Source: Bacteroidales bacterium (GTDB taxonomy: Bacteria > Bacteroidota > Bacteroidia > Bacteroidales > FEN-979). From it: a stretch of 33,239 nucleotides of DNA. Below the pieces are notes generated by a model, which saw nothing but the letters and a program-made list of their open reading frames with translations, had not been told where the DNA came from and did no database searches. Each line of letters starts with the position of its first letter. Position 1 is the first letter of the stretch. A program made the position numbers and the translations under genes. Positions 15,381 through 22,608 of the stretch are shown one piece after another. The stretch spans positions 1-33,239 of the forward strand of contig DAIRDK010000002.1 of NCBI GenBank assembly GCA_036796175.1. Reading direction: 5' to 3'.

Positions 15381-16534
15381 CTAATAAGCGTTTCTTTTTC
15401 CAGTTCACACCACCTCGCCAGGGTGTCGTTCGCCGATTTCACGGTCCAGTCGCGGGTCCACTCATAGGGCCAGGCTTGTCTGATCACTTCGGGCAGGTCC
15501 TTTTCTTCAATGAAGCCAGGGATCAGGGTAGCGGTCTGGTACTGATCCACCGGCCCGGGGACGATCACGGCGTCGGCCAGGTCTTTCAGGCGGATGGAAC
15601 CGTAGCCCATGGTGTAGTAGGTGAGGGTGTCGGTCCGGTTGCCGAGGGGCGATTCCGTTGTGATGAAGCCGTAGGTTCTTTGTTTCTGCGGAAGGGATGC
15701 CGTAACCGAGTCGATCACGCCGTTAAATGGCCGCATAAATGTAACGCCCAGTTCCGGCTTCCTGGAGAGCGGAGCATAGAGGTAGATAGTCGCAGTCCGG
15801 GCCGGGTATTTGAGGTAGCATGCGGTCCCTTCGCGGTCGTTCTCGAACCGGATGAACTTCCCGTCGATGACGATCGGGTGCCGGAATTTGGAGAAGGCGT
15901 GGTGGAGCCCGCAATAGACAAGCGCCTTCTGCCCCCGGTCGAGGGCCTCGGTCTCGATCACCTGCAACCAGGTCTTGTTGTGCTCAAAGTCCCAGAAAGC
16001 CCTTTTCTTGTCGTGGTTATTCCAGTCTTCGGGTGTTTGAATGGCCTCGTAGTTGATATCGGGCATCACGCCGATGATGCGGAACGGTGGTTCGCCGGCT
16101 TTACGGTGGCGGTTCACCTCCCAGGCGGCGCGGAAGTTGTCGGCATACTCCTGCCAGGCCCAGTCCCACTCCGACCGTCTCAGCATGTCGTACACCAGTT
16201 TTTCGTTGTAATCCGGGGCGGTCAGGAGGGAATCGGAGAGGCGGGTGTCTGAATAGTTGGTGAACTCGTAAAACAGGACATGTACGCCTTGTTCCTGTAA
16301 GACAGGGATCAGGCTGCTTACGAACTCCACCTGTTGTTTGATGCGGTGACTCTCGCCCAGGAAGAGGACGTCGTATTGCCTGTACAGGTTGGCCATCAGT
16401 TCGGGGATGGGTTGGAGGGACAGGGACCGGGAAGTGTTGGTTCGCCGGCCGGGGGTTGAGGAGGCCAGGAGGAGGGGGAGAAGCAGCAGGAGGAGTATAT
16501 GGGTCATGGGTTTGTATGTTAAACTACCCTTCAT
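15362..16534 (-). CDS. Exported hypothetical protein, possibly Tiki/ChaN/erythromycin-esterase superfamily
   Basis: 390 aa with signal-like MTHILLLLLLPLLLASS (alternative start 16507). YDVLFLGESH and a later CGLHH (GxxH) resemble the ChaN/Tiki motifs. The family call is from memory only. Confidence 0.5.
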   Translation of the reverse strand: MKGSLTYKPMTHILLLLLLPLLLASSTPGRRTNTSRSLSLQPIPELMANLYRQYDVLFLGESHRIKQQVEFVSSLIPVLQEQGVHVLFYEFTNYSDTRLSDSLLTAPDYNEKLVYDMLRRSEWDWAWQEYADNFRAAWEVNRHRKAGEPPFRIIGVMPDINYEAIQTPEDWNNHDKKRAFWDFEHNKTWLQVIETEALDRGQKALVYCGLHHAFSKFRHPIVIDGKFIRFENDREGTACYLKYPARTATIYLYAPLSRKPELGVTFMRPFNGVIDSVTASLPQKQRTYGFITTESPLGNRTDTLTYYTMGYGSIRLKDLADAVIVPGPVDQYQTATLIPGFIEEKDLPEVIRQAWPYEWTRDWTVKSANDTLARWCELEKETLIRMKSEE

Positions 16535-17625
16535 TTACTACTGGCTATCTCCTGGATCAGGCAGCCGTCAAGCTTGTCTAAAAACCGTTCGTCGCGCAGG
16601 CCGGTACGGTTCATCATCATCACGCTGCCGATGCCCAGGTCCCGGTAAATCCGGAGTTCGCAGTAATAGCCCCCGCCCCCGCCTGCATGGGTGAAGTAGG
16701 TGTTTCCATGCAACTGACCGGTAAACCAGGCCAGGCACATTCCGGTGGGTTTGCCGTTATTTGTGCGGTTCTCCGTAAACATGCTGTTTAGTCTTTCGTC
16801 GGACAGCAGGCAACAACCGGGTTTTAGCAGTTCGCGGATGTATTTAACGAAAGCACCGGTTTTCCCGTTCAATCCTCCGTAAGGGGTTCCATTCACATAG
16901 AAAGGTTTGAACGGACGCCAATGGCCCTGCGGCGCTTCCATGTATTTTGATTTGTCAATGAACATACCGAGGATCAGATCCGACGGACTGAATTTCCGGT
17001 GATACCCGTTAGCCTTGATGGCATTCACGGAAGTCACGAAATCAAGATCTTCCGGGAGAATGCCCAACCTTTGAACCAGGTTGTTGCGGATATAGTCTTC
17101 GTAGCCCGATCCGGAGACCTGTTCGATCACTTGTCCCAGCAGGATATACCCAAGGTTGGAATAGCAGAATTTTTCATTCGGTTTTGACCTGGTTCTCCGG
17201 TTTTTTGTGATAATCCTCCCAAAGAACTCATTCCTGTCATAACCATCATGTTCAACTGCCAGGTGGATCCAACTCAATGGCACAGGATTGGGAATACCTG
17301 CCGTATGGGTGAGCAACTGCCTGATGGTTATCTCGTTTGAGTAGGGAAATCCGGGCAGGTATTCTATGACCGGATGGTCGATATTCAGCAGGTTCTTCTC
17401 TGCCAGCTGAAGAATGGCGATCGCAGTGAACGTCTTGGTGACGGAATACCAGTTGTAAACTGTGGGTTCACCGGGTTCGATCATTTTCTTTATATCGGCA
17501 AGCCCGTATGAAAACCTGTGTATTATGTTGTTTTGATCGAATATCATGTACTGGACCGACGGAGCATGATGTTTTTCCACCTGTCGGGTAAGGATATCAT
17601 CGATGGTATTAAAGTTTCTATTCAC
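16531..17625 (-). CDS. Serine hydrolase, beta-lactamase (class C/PBP4*-like) family
   Basis: 364 aa with SxxK (YSVTKTF), YxN (YSNLGY) and a C-terminal HAGGGGGY motif. Its stop overlaps the downstream start in ATGA (16531-16534). Confidence 0.85.
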   Translation of the reverse strand: MNRNFNTIDDILTRQVEKHHAPSVQYMIFDQNNIIHRFSYGLADIKKMIEPGEPTVYNWYSVTKTFTAIAILQLAEKNLLNIDHPVIEYLPGFPYSNEITIRQLLTHTAGIPNPVPLSWIHLAVEHDGYDRNEFFGRIITKNRRTRSKPNEKFCYSNLGYILLGQVIEQVSGSGYEDYIRNNLVQRLGILPEDLDFVTSVNAIKANGYHRKFSPSDLILGMFIDKSKYMEAPQGHWRPFKPFYVNGTPYGGLNGKTGAFVKYIRELLKPGCCLLSDERLNSMFTENRTNNGKPTGMCLAWFTGQLHGNTYFTHAGGGGGYYCELRIYRDLGIGSVMMMNRTGLRDERFLDKLDGCLIQEIASSK

Positions 17626-17675
17626 AGCTTCTTCTATGAGATCGGTTATATTTTGTAATACCTGTGTTCCTTGCT

Positions 17676-19007
17676 CTAATCTTTCAGACAGCGTACACTG
17701 AAATTATATTCCTTGAACTGGAGGTCGAGGAAGCTGGTTGGGTCGTTGTAGGTCATTAAACGGCTCCGGGCCCTCTCGCTGTCTACCTGAGTGGAAGTCC
17801 ACCAGTAACCGCCGGAACCAAGGAACTCGTACAACCCAAGGGAATATCTGCAGCCGCCGGGCTTTCCGCCGAAACCGTACAGGTCGGTCCCGTTGCCATT
17901 TTCATCCCAGTCGCTGGTTGACTTCAGGTTCTTCGCGGCATCGAACCCGCGGTAATCTGACAGTCTGTCCCACTCGGGATCACCAATCCCGTACTGACTG
18001 TCCGCAACGCCTTCAAGTACCATCCAGTCTTCATCGGTCGGCAGGTGCCAGCCGGGAGGGCATATCCCCTGAGTTCCCTGCTGGGTGTTATATTTCATCA
18101 TCTCGCGCCAATTGTACATCCCGCCATACTTGGTGCAGCTGTCAGGCCTGTCGAAGTAGCAGTATTTCTCTATGATCCCGTTATCGGTTTGGGCTGTTGC
18201 CTGGCCGAGCATCACGCCTGCGTTCAGGTTCTCCCTGAACCAGCACTGGCTGAAGATCTGGATAGTATTGTATACCTGTCCTTCGAACTCCACCGTGGGA
18301 GTTCCCGGACAGGGGATGTTGGTGGCGTACTGGAAAGTATATGTGGTGCTGTCCATGGGAGTGCAGGCGATGCCCGATTCCAGCCCCGTCGAATACCCAA
18401 TGCAGAGCAGTTCGTTCCCGGGGGTGAAAATGAATTCTTGGAGATCGGTACTTGCCTTTATGCCTGTGGGTGAAGAAGTACGTCCAATGTATTCAAGGGA
18501 CAGCGAACGGGTGCCGGCCGACCGGTTCACGATCCTGATGCTGCAGATCAGGCCTTGCCATTCTACGGAGAGGAAATAGAATTCACCGCTGCCCGGGGTC
18601 AACCGGAAGGTGTGTATCCCTTCCTGCAGTAATCGCACATTCCGCAGCAAAGTTCTTCCTTGCAGATCGGTTATGAGGATGCATGCATTATCCCTTTCGG
18701 GGATATACACTGAAATTGAGGTTTCGTCTGTCACCGGGTTCGGGTGGTTCTGGAATACCCGGAGCGGTTTGTCGCTGTTGCCGGTTTCAGAAATGCCGCT
18801 GTACTGGATCGAAATGGTCGTATCGGGCCACAGCAAAACCGTATCACACCCCCTCGTACGGTTCATGATCCTGATGCTGTCAAGCTGAACCCGGGCTGTA
18901 TTGTCAATCCCCGTGAAGATGAGTTCGAGCGCAGGTTTTTGTCCGGATGCATCCAGGGCAAGCAATGAAAGAAGGAAAGCTGAAACGAACGTTTTGATAC
19001 AATCCAT
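17676..19007 (-). CDS. FISUMP (Fibrobacter succinogenes major paralogous) domain protein with an internal T9SS-CTD-like beta-sandwich
   Basis: Signal MDCIKTFVSAFLLSLLALDASG. Residues ~80-165 (FQNHPNPVTDETSISVYIP...ITDLQGRTL...GEFYFLSVE) look like a Por_Secre_tail domain. The C-terminal half has FISUMP hallmarks (WFRENLN, YGGMYNW, CPPGWHLPTDEDW, GGYWWTST, FSVRCLKD). Confidence 0.8.
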   Translation of the reverse strand: MDCIKTFVSAFLLSLLALDASGQKPALELIFTGIDNTARVQLDSIRIMNRTRGCDTVLLWPDTTISIQYSGISETGNSDKPLRVFQNHPNPVTDETSISVYIPERDNACILITDLQGRTLLRNVRLLQEGIHTFRLTPGSGEFYFLSVEWQGLICSIRIVNRSAGTRSLSLEYIGRTSSPTGIKASTDLQEFIFTPGNELLCIGYSTGLESGIACTPMDSTTYTFQYATNIPCPGTPTVEFEGQVYNTIQIFSQCWFRENLNAGVMLGQATAQTDNGIIEKYCYFDRPDSCTKYGGMYNWREMMKYNTQQGTQGICPPGWHLPTDEDWMVLEGVADSQYGIGDPEWDRLSDYRGFDAAKNLKSTSDWDENGNGTDLYGFGGKPGGCRYSLGLYEFLGSGGYWWTSTQVDSERARSRLMTYNDPTSFLDLQFKEYNFSVRCLKD

Positions 19008-19064
19008 ATTCCATGAGTTGTTCTTTTTCTTCTGATATTTTCTTCATTCTGGTCCTACTTGTTG

Positions 19065-20015
19065 TCAGGATTTCCAAACCAATGCAACTTTCCCTTTTGT
19101 ATGCATGGCTTCGATGTAGCGCAAGGCTTCGGGGATCTCTTTATATGACCAGGTCTTCTCAATGTGAACTTTAATTTTCCCGTCCCGGATCCATGTTGCC
19201 AATGTTTCCAGATCCTTCGTGTTGGCTTCTGCGGTAAACTGGGCCAATGGAAATTTGCTGAACGGTTTTTTCAACAGTACCGAGATCATGTGTCCCAGGG
19301 TAGTGAAGCCGACCATGACGCCTCGCTGTCCCATCCGTTTATAATCTTTATGGAAAAGGTTGCCGTTCGTATCCACGATCAGGTCGTATTTCCCCTGGTG
19401 CAGGTGAATGTTTTCTTTATCGTAGGCGATGACCTGGTCAGCGCCCAATGTTCTGACAAAGTCCGCGTTTCTGTCCGAGCAGACCGCTGTGACTTTTGCG
19501 CCAAATGCCTTTGCGATCTGAACGGCAAAATGGCCAACGCCGCCCGAGGAGCCGTTGATCAGGACCGATTCGCCTTCCCTGAGTTGTCCGTGCGTGGTGA
19601 GTGCCTGTAAAGCGGTGACACCGGCAATGGGGACGCAGGCCATTTCAGGAAAGCCGGCACCGTCAGGCATCAGCGCACAAACAGAAGCCGGGGCACACAC
19701 GTATTGGGCAAAAGCGCCGCCCTGCAAGTTCTCTCCGAATACCCGGTCGCCTGCCTTGAACGGACCGGCGGTATTTCCAACGGCTTCGACGATCCCCGAA
19801 AAATCAGCTCCCGGGATGCTGCCTTTGGGCCTGAACAGCCCGAAAGAGAATCGGGCAAAGAACGGCTTTCCCCGCAGAATGTGCCAGTCGGCGGGATTGG
19901 CTGAATTCGCCATGACTCTGACCAGGATCTGATCCTCCTTCACGACCGGTTTCTCCACCTCCTGCAGCCGGAGAACCTCCGGTCCGCCGTATCTTGTACG
20001 TGTATATGCTTTCAT
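19065..20015 (-). CDS. NAD(P)H-dependent quinone oxidoreductase / zinc-type alcohol dehydrogenase-like (MDR superfamily)
   Basis: Starts at ATG 20015 (MKAYTRTRYGGPEVL). Has the Rossmann motif INGSSGGVGHFAVQIAKAFGAKVTAV. Confidence 0.85.
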   Translation of the reverse strand: MKAYTRTRYGGPEVLRLQEVEKPVVKEDQILVRVMANSANPADWHILRGKPFFARFSFGLFRPKGSIPGADFSGIVEAVGNTAGPFKAGDRVFGENLQGGAFAQYVCAPASVCALMPDGAGFPEMACVPIAGVTALQALTTHGQLREGESVLINGSSGGVGHFAVQIAKAFGAKVTAVCSDRNADFVRTLGADQVIAYDKENIHLHQGKYDLIVDTNGNLFHKDYKRMGQRGVMVGFTTLGHMISVLLKKPFSKFPLAQFTAEANTKDLETLATWIRDGKIKVHIEKTWSYKEIPEALRYIEAMHTKGKVALVWKS

Positions 20016-20204
20016 GTTGTTGTCTCTGGTATAAATCATTTCTGGTAAACGACTTGGCTGCTAGACGCTTCGCCGCAAAACACAGTAGGGGATTTCCTTT
20101 GTAGATCGTTTCATTATCCTTATAATTTATAGGTTTTGTGAATGATGGTGCTCGGAGACCTGCCCCTATTGTGGTTAGCGGCTCGTTGTGCATGCGAGCA
20201 GGTA

Positions 20205-20768
20205 CTATTTCTTTTTTACTAAAATAACAGACCTGTTAAGAAAGGATTTCGGTCTATCTATTATCTCAAATCCAATTCCTTTTACTTTATTTAGCATGTT
20301 TTCAAAAGATTTTCCTGAAACATGAAACATGGGTTCTACAATTAGAATTCTTCCATTCATTTGTAAAATTGAATATAACTCCTGAAATAGTTTATCATGA
20401 TTTGGCACTTCGTGAATCATATAAAATGCAAGAATAAAATCGATTTTTTCTGTAATCCCGATATTTTCCTCCTGGCACTGATGAAAAATAATGTTGGATT
20501 CTAATGCAGTTCCTTTAATTTTTTGTCTTAACTTTTCAAGCATTCCCTTCTGCAAATCAGCTGCAATGACTTTTCCTGTGTTATTAAGCATTCTTGCAAT
20601 TTCTATTGTAAAATAGCCTGGACCACACCCTAAATCAAGTACCGTCATTCCTTCTTTAATATGCGGTTTTAACACGTTATTCGGATTTTGTATTATCCTC
20701 CTGATTTTATTGTCTAATCCAGCCGCATATTCTACAGGACAAATTCTTTTGTTTTTATCTTTATTCAT
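20205..20768 (-). CDS. Class I SAM-dependent methyltransferase (small, stand-alone)
   Basis: 187 aa with motif I VLDLGCGPGYFT and a post-I acidic residue (AADL). The gene is conspicuously AT-rich with A/T-ending codons compared with its neighbours. Confidence 0.85.
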   Translation of the reverse strand: MNKDKNKRICPVEYAAGLDNKIRRIIQNPNNVLKPHIKEGMTVLDLGCGPGYFTIEIARMLNNTGKVIAADLQKGMLEKLRQKIKGTALESNIIFHQCQEENIGITEKIDFILAFYMIHEVPNHDKLFQELYSILQMNGRILIVEPMFHVSGKSFENMLNKVKGIGFEIIDRPKSFLNRSVILVKKK

Positions 20769-20896
20769 AATTTCTTATTTTAAGTGTCAATACGAAGTAT
20801 TGTCTTTTGCATGAGGTACAACGCTCGTATGACTCTTATATAAGTGTTTTCTGTCCCTGAACGATGTGATTGTCTAATGTTATTTGTCTAACACGG

Positions 20897-20918
20897 CCGG
20901 CAACTGAATGGTTGCCGG
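20897..20918. other. Stem-loop CCGGCAAC-tgaatg-GTTGCCGG
   Basis: Perfect 8-bp stem with a 6-nt loop. It is an isolated GC-rich hairpin inside AT-rich intergenic DNA and has no clear U-tract on either strand. Confidence 0.6.
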
Positions 20919-20982
20919 TTCAGGAGCACATCCAAATATAATAAATAATTAAATATTCTGACAATTGGGAATAAATTCTAAT

Positions 20983-21017
20983 TTTCACTTCTTACTCTTC
21001 ACTTTTCACTCTTCACT
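20983..21017. repeat. Heptamer array TTTCACT/TCTTACT/CTTCACT/TTTCACT/CTTCACT (reverse complement of AGTGAAR)
   Basis: Read directly from the sequence. It belongs to the same unit family that flanks the palindromes at 4685-4730 and 15331-15380. Confidence 0.9.
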
Positions 21018-21026
21018 ACCAGAATG

Positions 21027-21096
21027 CAACCCTTCCGGGGTTGACGTGGTTCCCCGTTCCCCATCGTGCTACCATAATTGAACCCCTCCGGGGTTC
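21027..21096. repeat. Two related stem-loops: CAACCC-ttccg-GGGTTG (21027-21043) and GAACCCC-tcc-GGGGTTC (21080-21096)
   Basis: Read directly from the sequence: 6-bp and 7-bp perfect stems sharing an AACCC/GGGTT core, 36 nt apart. Confidence 0.75.
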
Positions 21097-21116
21097 GCGC
21101 GCTGCCTCAACTTAAG

Positions 21117-21228
21117 CCACCTGCCACCTGCAATCCCATCATCCTGCTGTCCCGCCATCCCGCTATCCTGCCATCCCGTTATCTCGTCATCAGGCAATAG
21201 GCAATAGCAATAGGCAATAGGCGATAGG
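21117..21228. repeat. Back-to-back arrays: CCACCTG x2 (21117-21130), octamer GYYATCCY-like x8 (21130-21193), GGCAATA-like x5 (21193-21228)
   Basis: Read directly from the sequence. The octamer units are gcaatccc atcatcct gctgtccc gccatccc gctatcct gccatccc gttatctc gtcatcag. They are followed by ggcaata ggcaata gcaata ggcaata ggcgata. Confidence 0.9.
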
Positions 21229-21315
21229 TTTTCACCGGCGTCGTAATCCGTCTTTCGTAATTGAGAGATCCGCTTCAGGATCGAGGGAGATTTGAGTTTC
21301 ACCCTTTTTAGGATC

Positions 21316-21699
21316 TCAGAACACCGTTTCCCCCTCGATGAACCACGCGATGCCAAAGCTTTCAACGGCGCCCGATGCGGCCACCAGCAGGGCGATGACC
21401 ATCGCCATATAAGCCAGGCAGCCCAGGTACCCCGCGGCGGAAAAGGAATGAAATCCCTTCCTGAACCCACTTACTTTCAAAATCGTGACGGAGTAAGGAA
21501 AGTTGGCGTCGTTGCACACGTTGGTGATATTGTCCGTGGGGAACAGCACTACACACAACACAAAGAGCACGGCAATGGTGGAGATGATGAAGTCAACGGG
21601 ATCAGGACCTTTGTAAATGATCAGGTAAGTTACATCGAAATGGTTGATTTTGGGTCTGAGTAGGTATAAGTAATTACTTAGTTGTTGTGACCCTGTCAC
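21316..21699 (-). CDS. Hypothetical small membrane protein (start uncertain; possibly 5'-truncated)
   Basis: Has two hydrophobic segments (FIISTIAVLFVLCVVLF, LGCLAYMAMVIALLVAASGAV). The overlapping plus-strand ORF looks like an antisense shadow. The only in-frame start before TM1 is a GTG that lies inside the octamer array. Confidence 0.35.
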   Translation of the reverse strand: MTGSQQLSNYLYLLRPKINHFDVTYLIIYKGPDPVDFIISTIAVLFVLCVVLFPTDNITNVCNDANFPYSVTILKVSGFRKGFHSFSAAGYLGCLAYMAMVIALLVAASGAVESFGIAWFIEGETVF

Positions 21700-21732
21700 C
21701 CTGTGACCCTGTCACCCTGTTACCTTGTCACC
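21687..21732. repeat. Octamer array GTGACCCT/GTCACCCT/GTGACCCT/GTCACCCT/GTTACCTT/GTCACC
   Basis: Read directly from the sequence. It is the reverse-complement family of GTGACAGG/GTGACAAG (27092-27139, 7419-7458). Confidence 0.95.
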
Positions 21733-21741
21733 AAAAACCCC

Positions 21742-21749
21742 TACATTTG
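21742..21749 (+). promoter_or_regulatory. Candidate -7 box TACATTTG for prmA
   Basis: Exact TAnnTTTG match 31 nt upstream of ATG 21781. Confidence 0.45.
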
Positions 21750-21780
21750 TCCTGAACCACCACCTGAAGGGTCGAAAGTT

Positions 21781-22608
21781 ATGGAATATCTTGAAATTCA
21801 AATAGAAAACGTAGCTCCTGAGAAATCGGAACGGCTCACGGCCGCACTGATGGATACCGGCTGTGAGAGCTTTGCCGAGGAGGAGGGACGATTTTGCGCC
21901 TATATTCCTGTCCATGTCTATGATGAGAATAAGCTGAAACAGGTGCTCGGATCGGTGCTGGGATTCGATCATGCAAGGTTCTCGGTGAACCGGCTGGAAG
22001 ACAAGAACTGGAACGAGGAGTGGGAAAAGAGTTATGAACCGGTGCTGATCGGCGGGAAATGCCTCATCCGGGCTCCCTTCCATCCGCCGGTCAGCGGGGT
22101 GAAATACGATATCGTGATCGAGCCGAAAATGTCGTTCGGAACCGCCCACCACGAAACCACCGCACTCCTGATCCAATGGCTGCTGGAGGAACCGGTCGCC
22201 GGTAAGCACGTCCTCGACATGGGCTGCGGCACGGGCGTGCTGGCCATACTGGCCGCCAAACAGGGAGCGAAAGAGGTGAGGGCTATCGACAACGACGAAT
22301 GGGCTTACCGGAATGCCAGCGAAAACTGCCTCAGAAATAATGTGCCCCACGTCCACGTTATCCATGGTGATGACGGCGCCATTCCGTGGGGCCCTTTCGA
22401 TGTGATCCTGGCCAACATCAACCGGAACGTCCTGCTCGAACAGATCCCTGTCTATGACAGGGTGCTTGGGGCAGGAGGATTGCTCTACCTGAGCGGCTTC
22501 TACCAGGCCGACTTGGAAGTGATCCGGGAACAAGCCGGGGCGTGCGGCTTCGATTACGTGGACTCCAGGGAGAAGAATGGCTGGCTGGCGGTAAAATTCC
22601 TGAAATGA
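21781..22608 (+). CDS. prmA: Ribosomal protein L11 methyltransferase
   Basis: Starts at ATG 21781 (MEYLEIQIENV); the ORF-track extension to 21703 is translated repeat. Motifs are MSFGTAHHETT and VLDMGCGTGVLAILAAKQGA. Confidence 0.9.
   Translation: MEYLEIQIENVAPEKSERLTAALMDTGCESFAEEEGRFCAYIPVHVYDENKLKQVLGSVLGFDHARFSVNRLEDKNWNEEWEKSYEPVLIGGKCLIRAPFHPPVSGVKYDIVIEPKMSFGTAHHETTALLIQWLLEEPVAGKHVLDMGCGTGVLAILAAKQGAKEVRAIDNDEWAYRNASENCLRNNVPHVHVIHGDDGAIPWGPFDVILANINRNVLLEQIPVYDRVLGAGGLLYLSGFYQADLEVIREQAGACGFDYVDSREKNGWLAVKFLK

Noticed and set aside
15299-16252. 317-aa plus-strand ORF
   Set aside because: It is antisense to the 390-aa exported protein. It has G/P/V/R-rich shadow-ORF composition and no signal or motifs.
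20100-20985. Methyltransferase islet as a mobile element or restriction-modification system
   Set aside because: There is no integrase or transposase, no restriction or specificity subunit, and no DNA-methyltransferase motifs (DPPY/NPPY or PCQ). Only a weak 11-nt imperfect flanking repeat is present. It is kept as a compositional anomaly only.
21080-21100. tRNA-like GGTTCG / GGGGTTC strings (also at 9813)
   Set aside because: There is no surrounding cloverleaf (acceptor, D or anticodon arms). They are a simple hairpin and a coding sequence respectively.
21069-21470. 133-aa minus-strand ORF across the composite repeat region
   Set aside because: Much of it is translated repeat array (..IAYCYCLLPDDEITGWQDSGMAGQQDDGIAGG..). 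It is low-complexity and overlaps the better small membrane ORF.
21712-22533. 273-aa minus-strand ORF
   Set aside because: It is antisense to prmA, which has clear L11 methyltransferase motifs.
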